A stretch of 64,000 bases of DNA from Selaginella moellendorffii (GCF_000143415.4 NW_003314274.1:2152623-2216622), one strand, 5' to 3'; counted from the first letter of the stretch, positions 12,736-26,225 are shown. Numbers and translations are program-made. Notes: a model not told the origin generated them from the letters alone.

Positions 12736-13212
12736 ATTTTTACCTTTAAATGCTAAAAGTATTGGACAAATGGTTTAACAAACAATTGAGCTCTCTTTTC
12801 TCATAATTTTTATTTTTAAAAATTTAGTACTTTATATGTTTCCATATATTAAAAAATATATGAAATCCTGATTGAAATAATTAGATTCCTTGGAAGAAAA
12901 TACATTTGATCTTTCTCCCATTAAACCAACTAAACAAGAAACAAAAGATCCATCTTGTAATGTATGAGATTGTTGTGTTAAAGAGTCGAGCTCGATGCCA
13001 CTAGACAAAAGAAAAACATGTTATAATATTGAATTTGAATAAGTGAATAATGAACCCTCAATAATCTAGCTGTGAAGATCTTGTAAATGATATGTTAATC
13101 TAAAGTTTATATTATCCTTATAGGATGATTTTGTGGGAATTATTCCATGGTACCTTTTAATCACTCCTTGACTTGCGTGTTATGCAGTTATTTTATTAAA
13201 CGAAAGCTGGGA

Positions 13213-15691
13213 TCAGTCATACGGATTTCTGAATTTCTTGAGAAGGTTGGGAATGTCGTGGCCCAGCATGTCATCCACCGATTGAATCATCCTTGGCTTG
13301 AGCTTCTCAAATTTATCGAAGTTGTAGCCACTCAGCCTCTCTCTAAAGGCATCCACGTCCGGGAAGTCGCCCGGAGGCAAGCGCTGTTCTCTTTGTACCT
13401 GGATAGAACACAAGTCACACACGTATTCCAAAACGAGACTAAAAACTCGAACCTTTCTAAACTCTTCTTCCAAGTTATCCACCAGCCGCTGCTGAGCTTT
13501 AGTTTTTCCCATCATCGCCGGCATTTCCTTCTTCAGGTGGCCTACAATGTACGAGTGTATCTTGACTGCTCTCGCGCGTTTTACAAACTCGTTGATCTGA
13601 CAATGAAAAGTAAGCATCCGGCCGGATCAAGGCTTTGTGTTGTTTACCTTGCGGTCACAGGCTTTCCTTGGAATGTCTTTGAGGTCTGCCAGTAAGTCGT
13701 TTTGCTCCTTCTCAAACAGTTCTTTGCCAATAGGACCCAGTGCACGGTCGTTGATGGGCTTATCGTTGAAGGACCTGCAAAGAATCCCTCGTTACATCAC
13801 AAGAGAAAGGAAGAGGAAAAACAAAAGAAGAAAAAGAAGATCTTGCGTACCCGATATAGACACGCATCACTTCGGGTGTGTTCAGTACTTTCCCGAGCGA
13901 CCACATCAATGCTCCATACACCCTCATAAGCTGGAAGATGTGAAGTCAATCGGATGAGAACAAATGCCTTACTTGTTGAGTATCGACTTGATCGGCTTTG
14001 TTAAGAACAACACGGATCTTATCGTCGTGTCCACGAAGGGATCCAATCACTCGTTTAAACTCGTCACTGATATCAAGCTTGTGGGGGTCGAAGAGCAGTA
14101 GTATCAGGTCGCATTTGGCAGCAAACCATTCCGTAACGCCTGTAAAATCGTAGCTGCGTTGTGTTCTTTGCTTTTCTCCCGATAACACTCCGGGAGTATC
14201 AACAAAGCTAACGTGCTCCAGTAGCTGACAAGAGAAACCATTTTGACAATTGCAAGAGTGATAATTGAACTTACCGGATGTGGCATCTGAGAACACTCAA
14301 ACTTGGAGAGAAAAGCAGTTCCAAATTTCGTAAGCCCGCTAAATGGCATGTCCGCCTGCACAGCAATCGTGTTTCCTGGAACACTCCGTTCATCTGTTCC
14401 ATCCTGGAAACATCCACAGTCAATTACGGATATGGATGTTTTTATTACTCACCATAACAACGACGAAACGATCCGTCGTAGGCTCAGGTCCAATGTGAGC
14501 GCCTATTTAAGAGTAAACGTAAGCATCTCCAAAGTGAATACATCAATACCACCGACCTGGATAGCTTGTTCTTAATAGATGCTTAATAAACGTTGTTTTC
14601 CCGGTGGAATATTGTCCAAGAAGCATCACCATGGGCTTGCAATCAAAGTCGCTTTCAGTCTGTAGAACGCAGACACTGTCAATCCTTTCATTGATTGAAA
14701 AACGTGCCACTTACCAATGTAGGAGACACAAAATCATGGAAGCGATACGTAACCTCCAAAGGTTTCAGCTTTTCCAGGTAAAGTTTCTTTAGACCATCAA
14801 CCACTGATGTTACTGACGTCGAAGGAATCTAAATTACACACTGGTTAAGTACGTAAAAAGCCTCGTATTTGAAGAAAAAACACCTTTCTTGGTTGTTTTG
14901 TCGCAAACCACTGGGCCGTCTCTGCTTGTAGTTGTGGAGATGTGCCTGCGCAGCGAAGCTGTTATAGTAGACAAGATAAAGGCGAAACGAAATATTTACC
15001 GTTAGTGAAGACGTCCCCAGTCGGAGGCGCTCTCTTTCTTGCCTACAAAGAGTGAAATTCATGTCAGAGAAGGAAAAATCATAAACGAAGATGGAAGAAG
15101 ATAGAAAACACACCAGTATCATTTGTTCCAAGCCTTCCATGTTGGGCGGACTAATCTCATCGACATCTGTCAAGCTAAAACAAAGATGATTCTGCCAGCG
15201 TGCAGGAAGAACAGCAGAAATTACCTCTATCTCTCAGCATGTCCGCGGATATTTCATTCCCGAGCTGTGCTAGTGCTATGATCTGTCCAGTGACACAACA
15301 GCGCATAAAACCACCGACCATGACGTACAACTTAAAATTCTCCACTCACTTGCATCGCAGCAACGAATTCCTTGAATCCAAGAAAGCCTTGCCGCTTAGA
15401 ATCCGCCACTGCCCAGACCTGGAAATAAGAACAAGAGTTTCGACCCAAATCTATGCCGCATTCCATACCTGCTTGAGATGCGACCGCGGCAGCTGCGAGA
15501 GTGAAAAGAATTTCACCGCATCGGCGCCGGTGATACGCCCATCCCCATCTGTGGCGAAAATTCCACCAAAATATCGATTACCGTGGGAGGTATCGAGCGA
15601 GCTCACCTTCGTCCGCAAAATCAAACCACTGCTTGTACATTTGCTCGTCCTGCTTGGCATAGTGCACTGATCGCACAGACAGAATGTCCAT
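13213..15691 (-). CDS. EHD1: EH-domain dynamin-like ATPase (EHD/RME-1 family), multi-exon
   Basis: N-terminal EH/EF-hand (DGDGRITGADAVKFF), P-loop GQYSTGKT, DTPGVLSGEKQR, NKAD, C-terminal RNPYD*. Confidence 0.93.
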
Positions 15692-15818
15692 GGCGATAGC
15701 GAGAAAGAGAGAAATAAGAGCCCTAAAGAGCTGAGCTTCTGGTAAACCCTAGATCATATAGCGCGTAAGTTTAAAGCCTTGTCACAGTTAAAATCACAGT
15801 TACACCAAAATGAGGTTT

Positions 15819-17972
15819 TTACTCTTTACGTTGCTTCTTCTTCCTTGAGTCCGGGGCTGCAGCTTCTACTTCTTCGATCATCATCTGTTTCTTCTTCTTC
15901 TTCTTTTTTTCGGGCTCTTCTTCCCGAGCTGGATCTTCCTCTTGAGCTTTCCCCTTGGATTTCTTCTCCTTCTTGGAGCTCTTTTTCTCCTTGGCCGGCG
16001 CTTCTACTTTTTCTACTAGTGGTGTCGATGCTCCAGCTTCTTCCGATTTATCCTTCTTCGATTTCTTCTTCTTCGGAGTCAGGGTCTCCGGCTCGGCTGA
16101 AGCTCCAGCGTCTTCCTCTGCGGTTTGAGTCCTCTTCTTCTTCTTTGGAGGCTCCTCGGTCGCTGGAGCTTCTTCTTCCTGATCTTTTTTCTTTCTCTTT
16201 TCTCGTTTGCCCCCGCCAAGTGTTATATCTGCTTGAGTCTCGTACGTCTGCAACAATCCAACACTCGTTAGATGAAGAGCAAAAAGTTCTTCGTACCTTA
16301 GCGGCAGTGAGCAAGCCTGGAGTAGCGCCCTTCCGGTCTTTGTCGTACGCCTCGATCTTAGCTTTGCCTTTAGCTGCACCGCTAGCTTTTCCGAGAGCCC
16401 TGCCTTCCAATTGTCGCAATCTTGCTTCAACCTGGTTAATAGACCACATCTCAGGAACGTATAACAGAAAGATGACAATTTGAGACCTTTGCGCGGTTCT
16501 CAATGCCGATGTTGGCGTCCTGACCCTCCCCAAGAGCATCGTACCGAATAGATAGTGCAGTCTTTGCAGCTAACACCCGAGCGATCTTCCCCTTGAACTT
16601 AGCAGGTGCTTGTCCCACCAAAGAGGCATGATAGATCAACCCGTACTTCGGTGTGTTTTGCTTGGTCTTTAAAGCCCTGAAGAGCGCCTGAAAAGCAAGT
16701 GTTTCTTCACGGCAAACTCAAAAAACTCCCACCTTCTCTGCGCCAAGGATTTGTACCGTGCTTGCAGGCTGCTTGGATAAGTTTATAAGGCTTCCAGCAT
16801 GAGCTATCAACCGAGCACCAACTAGCTCTCCCACAAGCACCGTCAAGTTAGGAGCGATTGCCTTCATCCTGCTGCGCAAGTAATCATAGAGCTGTGTCCG
16901 GTATTCTGCCAAAGAGATGACCTGATCACAAAACTCCTGGATCGTATCCATGTCTTCTTCAGTTATATCTGTCCCCATGGATATTGGCACAGCTTCCTTG
17001 AGTTGAACTTCGACCTCTTCTTCCAAAATCTATGCAAGAAAAAACGTAAGTACTAGCATGAAATCACTAAGACAGCATACCTCGGAGAAATCGAGGTCCG
17101 GTGCATTGACCCGTTTCTTCATAAGCTTAACGGATTTCGCGTACTGAATGTTGTCCGTGACTATCTTTGCCAGCTCTGGAAAATGCCAGCCATACCACTC
17201 CCGAACTCTCATAGCATAAGTGTTCAACTCTTTATCGAGATCATCCAAGAGACCAATAGCTTGAACGATCATGGTATCAACCTGGAGTAAGAACACATAA
17301 GATACCAATGGAAAAAAACCGTTTTTCAAAGCCACACCTTATCAGGACTGAACTTGAGAGTGTATCTGCACAAACTGTGAGAAAGCCCAAGACTCATCGA
17401 GGCCAAGTCCTGGTTTGACAGTCCTTCGACAAGATCTGCAAGTTGGGACCTCACGCCCCTCAACAGTTCCATCACTCCATTGTTGTGGATGCAGCTGATT
17501 TCCTGGCAACTCTCTCAGTTAGCCCCTACAAAAAAACCAAGTTCGAAACAAAGAACCCACGAGCTTCTCGGTGATGATCCTTCCTAGCTTGGAGTCGGCA
17601 ATGGCCAAAGTCTGGCCTTGGCATTCTGCTTTGAGAAACTTCTTCAGTCCCTTACTAAGCTTGCTCTCGACAATGGCGGTCGCGGCACCGAGCGCTTCGG
17701 CAGTGTTCTCAAACTTGTGAAAAGATTTGAGCTTGACAATCTATGCCAAAGAAATATCACAGCAATGAGAACAGAATGCCAGAGATCCAAACCTGCCTGG
17801 CCGCCGCTGGCGTCTCGAATTCCTTCCAGATATCCTGCCAAAGATCAAGAAGAACGGCCGTGAGCAAGATAAATCCAAGCGCGAGCTAGCTCACATCCAC
17901 TTGGTTGAGCTTCGCTTCGTCCAGGAGCTTGAAGAGCGCGAAGCCCGCCGGCGTCTCGACGAGCACCAGCAT
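15819..17972 (-). CDS. NOP58: Box C/D snoRNP core protein NOP58 (NOP5), multi-exon
   Basis: [15 protein letters not shown] start; [22 protein letters not shown]; [12 protein letters not shown]; [16 protein letters not shown]; K/E-rich tail. Confidence 0.93.
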
Positions 17973-18062
17973 CGTCTTTGCTCCCTGGCGGCCTAAACCC
18001 TAAATCCTAAAACCCTATTCCTGTTTAGGGTACTTGCTGGGATAAAACGGGTTTAAATGTTT

Positions 18063-20540
18063 TTAAAACTCGGCTTTCCCGGGGTAGCGCGGGAAAGGTA
18101 TTACATCTCTGATGTTCTCGAGGCCAGTGGCAAAAAGAACCATTCTCTCAAAGCCAAGGCCAAAGCCCGAGTGCTTCACGGTGCCATAGCGTCGTAGATC
18201 CAAGTACCATTCGTATGGTTCCGTTGGAAGATTGAGCTCTTGGAGCCTGGAGAAAAAAGTTTCACAGTAATTTGACAAGACTCGGATAGAAAAATTCATA
18301 CCTTTGCACCAGAACTTCGTATCGTTCTTCTCTCTGGCTTCCACCAACGAGTTCTCCAACCTGGAATGGTACAAAGACGATCATATACGTCTTTTAAATC
18401 GAAAGGGATTTTACCTTTGGGACGAGGATATCCATGGCTGCCACAGTTTTGCCATCATCGTTCATTCTCATGTAGAACGCTTTGATGTCTTTTGGATAGT
18501 TGTACACTATCACTGGCTTCTGGAAGAGCTCCTCAGCAAGATATCTGTCATAGAATGCGCTGTGAGGCAAATTCACGTTAAATGGTTGCTACCTTTCGTG
18601 CTCGGAGGCCAGATCGACTCCCCATGAAACAGGGTTCTCGAAGGTTCTATCCTTCACCTGAGTATCTGCAAGTGTAAGTTTCCTTCCAACAAAGAACAAA
18701 GAAAACTAACAAACCTCCAATAACTTCTCGATGGCCTGTGTGTACGTGATCCTCGCAAACGGCGTAGAAGCAACTAGTTTCAGTCGATCCAGGGCCGTGT
18801 TGTCCCACATCTTGGTCATAAACTCCATGTCGTCGTAGCAGTTGTCCAGAAGCCACTGGCATAGAAACTTCACATAGTCTTCAGCACAATTCATATCATC
18901 CTGGTAAAAGGATATGACCACATATGTCAGAACAGATACAAATTTCTCTGGAGATTTTCAATCACCTGGAGATCCGCGAAAGCAAGTTCCGGCTCGATCA
19001 TCCAAAACTCCGCCAAATGCCTCGTTGTGTGCGAGTTTTCAGCACGAAACGTCGGGCCAAAGGTGTAAACGTTGCTTAAGCTGCATGCGTACGTTTCCAC
19101 CTGGAGCTGGCCGGAGACAGTCAGGAAGGCCTGACGTCCAAAAAAATCACCAGTGTAATCAAATCCTCCTTTGTCCTTCCTAGGAATTCCACCTGTAAGC
19201 TTCATCCGCTCGACCACCTTCGCAAGCTCGTCTTTAGCGGTCTGAAGCTTCAACACTGCCGCAGCAATTTCATCTTTGCTCTTCTTCTCGGCTTTCAGCG
19301 CTTTCACTGCTTCTCCGCATTTCGTAACCTCTGCCTTTGCCTGCTCAAGGTCCGCTTCAGTCGGAGCCGGGGTACTTGCGAGCTCCTTCTCTCGCTTCTC
19401 AGCTTCCGAGAACATTGTTGTAACTTGGAACATCTCGCCAGCACCTTCGCAATCGCTGGTGGTGATGATCGGAGTGTGGACGTACACGAATCGATTCTGT
19501 TGGAAAAATGTGTGGGTGGCGAATGCAAGAGCGTTGCGAATCCTTGCAACCGAAGAAATCTGGAGTTCCAACATTACGTCAAAACGAGCAACAAAAAGAA
19601 ATAAAACTCACCGTATTTGTTCGAGATCTGAGATGCATCAAGTTCCTCAAAAACTCCAGAGTATGCCGGCCCTTGGCGATCGGATACTTGGAAGCATCGA
19701 CAGGTCCAACTTCCAGCACCTTCTGAGCTCTCAGCTCCACCTTTTGTTTCTTTGCAGTTTCGGGAGGCTGCGTCAATTCCCCCTCGACCACGAGGCATGT
19801 TCCAGTGTAGATAAGTTGCGCATCCGGCGTCACTGTATCCTCGACAATCACCTGGATCACACGAAGGCAAACAGAAAAAAGGAAATTATCTTTCAATCGT
19901 ACTGCAAAGAAAGAAGAGAAAAAAGTCACACACTAACGCACACATCATGGCTTTCCACCCACAAACTAGCAATCTTTCCCACAACTTAAACGAAGAACAA
20001 GCAAGAGAAAAAAAAAATTACAAGCTTTACACAGAACAGGCTCTCCGAAAACACAAATCGCAGCTGGACGAACAGAAGAAAATCTTTCGGATCGAGCTCC
20101 AAGCGACAAAGACTGCAAATGGCTTTCCACTCACGATAAGAAAAACTGGCAACCTTTCTCACAATTTGAAAACGAAGAACAAGAAACACTAGAAAAGAAA
20201 CCAGCTTTTCACAGAACAAGCTCTCAAAACTAACAAATCGCGGACGAACAGTAAATCTCTCGGATCGAGCTCCAAGCGACAAAGAGAAGATTACCTGCAA
20301 ATTCGCGGGGCAGGAGCCATCGTTGAGCTCCAGAAATGTGAGCCGCCCCTTCTCGTGGCTCCGCCCGGTCTTGACCCATCCCCCAACCCTCACATTGTGG
20401 CCGAGGAGTCCCGCGCCTCCATCCGGGCGACCTAGGATGCTCTTGATGAAGACGCGATGGGAGTACTTCGCCCACTCGATGCCGCTCTTGGTGGCCAGCG
20501 TGAGCGCCTCCATTTGGGCTTGGACGGCTCCTTCACCCAT
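18063..20540 (-). CDS. Cytosolic asparaginyl-tRNA synthetase with WHEP insertion (SYNC1-like), multi-exon
   Basis: GWVKT..LNDGSC OB-fold, [52 protein letters not shown]; start could alternatively be 20513. Confidence 0.93.
19947..20286. repeat. Tandem duplication (2 x ~170 bp) within AsnRS intron 1
   Basis: atggctttccac...cggatcgagctccaagcgacaaaga occurs twice. Confidence 0.85.
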
Positions 20541-20606
20541 TCCCAATCGCCTGTGGTTTTAGGGTTTATGTGATTTTAGGGCTTTTGCCCTCGACGAGCG
20601 CGCGCG
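20541..20606. promoter_or_regulatory. 66-bp bidirectional promoter region (AsnRS/TAF6) with telo-box
   Basis: TTAGGGTTT at 20559-20567 plus a variant TTAGGGCTT between divergent ATGs. Confidence 0.7.
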
Positions 20607-22643
20607 ATGAGCATCGTCCCTAAGGAGACGATTCATGTCATCGCGCAGAGCATTGGCATCAGCAATCTCCACGATGATGTCGCCGCGGCGCTTGCGCCGG
20701 ATGTCGAGTATCGGATGCGCGAGATCATGCAGGTTTGGTCTCTTTCTCCCTCGATCTACCGATTTCGCCGATTTTGAGCTGAGATCGTCGGTAATTTGCG
20801 CTGCCAGGAGGCGATCAAGTGCATGCGCCACTCGAAGAGGAGCGTTCTCACCACCGACGATGTCAATACGGCCTTGAGCTTGAGAAATGTAGAGGTGAGC
20901 TGCGAATTTCTCGTGAGTTCGTTGCTTAGCATTTTTATGTAGCCACTCTATGGATTTGCCTCTGGAGATCCATTGCGCTTCCGGAGAGCTGTTGGTCACT
21001 CTGATCTGTTCTTCATAGATGATAGGGAGCTCGACTGTAAAGAGGTACTTTTTCGTTTTTGTTTTCCTTTTCTTCTGATCTAACAAATTTTTCTCTAGAT
21101 CACCGAGGCTCCTTTGACGAAAGCACCTCTAGACACGGCCGTCATGGCTCACTGGCTAGCAATAGAGGGAATACAACCCGCCATTCCTGAGAACGTTCCT
21201 ATTGATCGTGAGTGGTTTGCTTTCCTCGTGAATGGAATATGATAACTCCTGTTGCAGCTCTTTCAGCTCCGCCGGAAGTGAAGAAATCCGACATTCCTGG
21301 ATTGAAGCCTGATCAGATGACAGTGGACCTGAAGCTTCCTGTCAAACATGTTCTTTCTAGAGAACTTCAGGTACGATGGAAATTGCACCGGTCGTTCTTT
21401 TGCTAAATTTTTCATTTTTTAACTCTGGGCAGCTATACTTTGAGAAGATCACGGAGCTTATTGTCACTGGCGCCGACGATGTGCTACTAAAAGACGTCTT
21501 TGCAAGTTTGGCGACTGATTCCGGTTTACACCCTTTGGTACCATACTTCACGCAATTTATTGCAGACGAGGTATTCACATGATCACGAAAGTGCTGAAGT
21601 TTCAGTTCTATTTTTCGTTTTTGTCCAATGTAGGTAACACGGGGGCTTAATGACTTGCCGCTCCTTTTCTCTCTGATGCGCGTTGCTCGCAGCCTGCTAC
21701 TGAATCCACACATCCATATCGAGCCTTATGTAAGCACTTGTTTTGCTCTGATGATGGTGCGAGTGATAAGTCTAGGCTTGCTGAATGGCAGCTCCATCAG
21801 TTGATGCCATCTGTGGTGACGTGCCTCGTTGCAAAGCGCCTGGGTGGTAAGAATTTCGTCAACCATTGGGAGCTCCGGGACTTCACAGCCACACTTATTG
21901 CCTTCATTTGCAAACGGTTTGTAAACTCATCTCTTCTTGTTTTTCTCTGGAGTGGCTGAAACTTTTGTTACTTGCAGCTTCGGTCATGCGTATTATAACT
22001 TGCAAACGCGCGTGACCAAAACTTTACTCCACGCCTTCTTGGATCCGAAACGAGCAATGACACAACATTATGGTGCTGTGAAAGGAATCGCAGCTCTTGG
22101 CTCAAAACTGGTATGCTTTTATGCGACAATGAAACGGTGACTGAACTAAGAGTCTTCTTACAGGTGCGACTATTGATTCTTCCCAACCTGGAAGTATACA
22201 TCAACTTGCTCTTGCCAGAAATGTCTTCCCAAGATCAAGCAAACGAGCTAAAGAGATACGAAGCCATCAGAGTCTACGGAGCTCTTCAGGTAGATTTATT
22301 TTTCCAAGCCTGAACTGGAAACTCACTTTCACGTATGGCACAGGCGGCGGCTGGAAACTGTATATATGAAATGCTCCAGTCCGCTCCTCCCTCAAGGAAG
22401 AAACCAGCTAACAACAAGTCTCAATCAACAACACGCAAAGATGTCGACGGGGACGCATCAATGCACGAGGAAGACGGGGCCGACGACAAGGACGAAGGCG
22501 TGAAGAGGCGCAGGAGAGCTTTGTCGGAGGCGTGGAAGGAGGATGTGGAGGTGGGCGATCTCATCAACTCACTGGTTGATCTGTTTGGCGAAGAAATGCT
22601 ACCGTTCATACCGATGCGAGAGATGAGCAAATGCATCTTGTAA
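20607..22643 (+). CDS. TAF6: TFIID subunit 6, multi-exon
   Basis: [18 protein letters not shown] histone fold, [45 protein letters not shown]. Confidence 0.93.
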
Positions 22644-22760
22644 CAGTACGAGAGGTAAAGGAGGAGGATTGACTAGGAAGGAAATTCTTTCGTAGCGTTG
22701 GTTTTAACTCTTGTCAGGGAAAGAAGTTGATGGTAGCAAGAAAGAGAATTCTTTTCCTTC

Positions 22761-24763
22761 TCATCTGTGCAAGAATCGAGCATGCTTGACAATGATGAAC
22801 ACGACCCAGAGATGCAGCAGGAAGAAGTATGCCGCGGCTAGAGACCTCACAGTCCTGTTCATGCCCAACACTCTGGTACCTTGAATGAAGAGGGAGTCGA
22901 GGTTACTGGAAATCTCGCTCCAGCTTATAAGCTCGTCACCACTTGCAGTTGGTCCAAACTCGATGTCGGAGCTCTCGTTTCTCGTTTTCGAGGCCCTCTC
23001 CTGAGACGAGTATGCCTGTGAAAGAGAAAGAAAAGCTGTAAGAATTTGGTGTGCTTTTAGTGCTGCTCTACCTCGAGACGAAAGATCAGCGTGGCTTTCT
23101 CAGTTGATAGCGCTTCAACCTGGAAAGAGTACCACCGCGTTTTGTAATCAATGAAGTGGAATCACAAGCCTTGGCTTACTTGAGTTTGCGTGTGAATGAG
23201 ATGATCGGTCCGTGCTATCAAACGGGACTCTAGTTCTCTTTCCTTGTCACTCTGCATTTGCCGGGACATTCTTGACGCATGTATTTCTGCCTGGAGGTTT
23301 TCTACCTGAAATCTGGAAAATGAGTGCCTACAGCATGGAGTTATACAAGAATGAAAACCTGAGCTTTATAGTAATCGATGTCGTCAGCAACCTTTTGCTT
23401 CTCTTTAAAGACGTCACTGCTGATTTGAGGAAGAAAAGAACTAGAAGGATTTGCCAAGGTCGACCGAAGTCGTGAAGCCTTCCTCTCAAGCTCTGAAAGT
23501 GAGACCTTTAGTGCGAAGTTCTCAAGAGGCAATATCTCCTACTCACCAAACACGGAAACTCTCTTGAGCTCCAGCTTAGTACGAGCATCCGTAAGTCCTG
23601 CAAGCTGAGGCTAAAATATATATGAGCTACTCTTGAAGGAAAACCAAACCTCTGCATCGAGTTTTCTCTGTGCGGCAGCCAGGCATTGAGCAAGCTCAAC
23701 ACTCTCGTTCTGCACAAAACGGATTCACGAGAGTGACAAAGCTCGAGTTAAAGCATCACACCTGAAGTAGGGACTCTCTCTCCAGCGCTTCCATCCTCGT
23801 ATGACTATGGCGTCGCTTTTCCAAATCCGCTGCTTGGATCAGCTCCACCATGCTCGTCCTCAGCTCTGCAGCCTGGTAATGACTTACTCATTCTCAAAGA
23901 AAAGAAAACCAAAAAGAAAGAAAAGCCATACCTCCTTCTTTTGCTGTTCTTCTCGCTCGTCCAGCAAAGCTTCCAAAGCTTGCTTCTCTGCCTCGAGCTT
24001 CTCGACAAACAATGCACGCTCATCGATTGCAGCCCTGCAAGCCGAGAGTTCTTCCTCGGTTTGCTCCAGTGACGTCGGCGGATCAATCGCATCCTCGTCC
24101 TCTTTCGTGCTGGTATCGTTAACACTCCCAACTAAATCTTCTTTAGTGTCCACCACCTCCTTCGTCACGCTTTCCCCTTCTTTGTTTTCTTCTTTGCTCT
24201 CGAGTTTTTCGCTTGACACTAACTCCTGGCCATTAGAGTTAGGCTCCTGTGTTGCCACCGCTTTTTTGGGGGCATTGATTCTCTTCGCTGGCGCTGCGAG
24301 GAGCTTTCTCGGCCTTCTACTGTTACTCTCAGCCGCTGGAGCACTCCTTTGAATCTTCTCTCTCGATGCCGGCCTCTTCCAATCCCCGGAATTCCCAGCC
24401 GCGGACAGTATCTCCGTCCAATCGTCCTTCTCCGGAGGAGTAGAGCTCCCTTGGATCGAGGATGAGGAGCGAGCAGCGCCAGAGGGAGCGAAATCTGGAG
24501 AGCGATATGTGATCTTGTTGCTCGGGACGAGAGGATCGCCAAATATTTTCGGATGCGGTGCGCTGCCGAGGATTTCATGCTGGATCGGGGCCTGGAAGAG
24601 AGGATCCGGCTCCTGTGAATCCCTGTCTGGCTTCTTGAGCGAGTCCGCGGCTTGTTGATCGATCTGAGAGAAGGAAGAAGTGAATTTCTACACGGGATCT
24701 AGATCTAACCTGGTTGAGGAGCTGCTCGGCGGCCTTGAGCTTGGATGACAGCCACGACGCCAT
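22761..24763 (-). CDS. GC2: Golgin candidate 2-like (golgin-84 family) coiled-coil protein with C-terminal TM
   Basis: MASWLSSKLKAAEQLLNQIDQQAA N-terminus, coiled coil, C-terminal AAYFFLLHLWVVFII transmembrane segment. Confidence 0.82.
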
Positions 24764-24837
24764 CGCTGGAGATCAGGAGAAGAATCGTCCTCGCATTTCT
24801 AGGGCTTTTGTGAGGTTAGGGTTCTTGAGGGGGAGAT

Positions 24838-26184
24838 ATGGGATGTAGAGCGAGCAGGCCGATCAGGAGTGGCAGCCACAGGGAAAGGAAGGAGGATCTT
24901 GCTCCATGCAACACCAAATGGATCGGCTACGTCTCCAACAGCCCGAATTTCTCCTGCGCAGAGCAAGAACGAAGGCTGCGGCGAGCAAATCTCGAGCCAG
25001 TGAGAGATGAGGAAGACGAGGAAGATTGCGATGGATTCCAGTTTGCGATTGCCGGAGGAGAATCTCCTTGCTCCTCCTCGTCACTCATTCCAGGATTGCC
25101 CGACGACGTTGCCCGCCTCTGCCTCATGCGCTTGCCGTGCGTGAAATATTCCTTCTCCTACAGGCTCGTGAGCAAATCCTGGCGATCACTCCTCTCTTCG
25201 CCGGATTTCTACTCGGAGCGCCGGCATTTGCCAAGAATCCAGCAGCAAGCCAGCGTCTGCGTCGTGATCCACGGCAATCGCGTCAGGGTTTTCAACACCG
25301 TCACTTGCCAGTGGTTCTCCCTCCCACCGCTCCCTCACAGCATCGACGACGAAGATCCAGACCCTGCAATCCGCATCGATCCATACGACTGGTGGCGGAT
25401 CGACACGGTCGCCGTGGCCGATGGAAATCTCTTCGTCATCGGCGGGGAGGAGAGCCGGATCCCATCCAGCCGCGTCCACAGGTATGATTTCTGCCACTGC
25501 CGCTGGGAGGAGATGGCGCCCATGGGAATCGCTCGATCCCACTCCGCTGCGGTGACAGTAGGGGGCCGCGTCTACGTCGCTGGCGGCACGTCCGCCGAGG
25601 TGTTCGTCCCCAGCGAGAACTCCTGGACGACCATCTCCGGGCTCAAGCGCGCCATGAGATCATGCGTGGGGATCGAGCACCAAGGCAAGGTGTTCGTCAA
25701 GGGAGAGAATTGCCAAGGAGCTGGATCGCCCATCGAGGCACAGGTCTATGATCCCAGCGGCGACGAGTGGAACCGGATGGTGCCAAAGCTCAAGGCCGGA
25801 TTGACGCGAGGCCCGGTTGCTTCGTCCGGGGCGGCGATCTTCGTGGCGGACTGGAAGGATCTCCAGCTCAAGGCTTTCAATCCGGAGCTCGAGAGCTGGG
25901 ACGTGGCCGGGCAGCTCCCGGCAAGGCTTAGCCGGCTCGTCGGCCATGGAGCGCAGCTCTATGGATTCACTGGGAAGATCAAGGTAGACTCTGTGAATCA
26001 CCGCGTCATCTCTGGAGCTCCCACCGAGGTCTGGAAGCTCGACATCGGAAGAGAAGGGATTAGAAACCATCACCCACTGGTGCTCCAGTGGGAATGCATT
26101 TGGCGAGGTGCCAAGAACAGCACGAAAGTTGGCGGTCTTACTTGGGCGCCTTCCAGTGCTCACTGTGCTCTTCTCGAGGACTAA
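24838..26184 (+). CDS. F-box/kelch-repeat protein, intronless
   Basis: LIPGLPDDVARLCL F-box; kelch GG repeats (LFVIGG, VYVAGG, W..M...R). Confidence 0.92.
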   Translation: MGCRASRPIRSGSHRERKEDLAPCNTKWIGYVSNSPNFSCAEQERRLRRANLEPVRDEEDEEDCDGFQFAIAGGESPCSSSSLIPGLPDDVARLCLMRLPCVKYSFSYRLVSKSWRSLLSSPDFYSERRHLPRIQQQASVCVVIHGNRVRVFNTVTCQWFSLPPLPHSIDDEDPDPAIRIDPYDWWRIDTVAVADGNLFVIGGEESRIPSSRVHRYDFCHCRWEEMAPMGIARSHSAAVTVGGRVYVAGGTSAEVFVPSENSWTTISGLKRAMRSCVGIEHQGKVFVKGENCQGAGSPIEAQVYDPSGDEWNRMVPKLKAGLTRGPVASSGAAIFVADWKDLQLKAFNPELESWDVAGQLPARLSRLVGHGAQLYGFTGKIKVDSVNHRVISGAPTEVWKLDIGREGIRNHHPLVLQWECIWRGAKNSTKVGGLTWAPSSAHCALLED

Positions 26185-26225
26185 GACGAAGCAAGGAGAA
26201 AAGAATCACTCTGGTGGTGGTGCTA

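Noticed and set aside
15819-17972. Intronic snoRNAs in NOP58, as in animals
   Set aside because: Introns are only about 50-70 nt, with no C/D box pairs evident.
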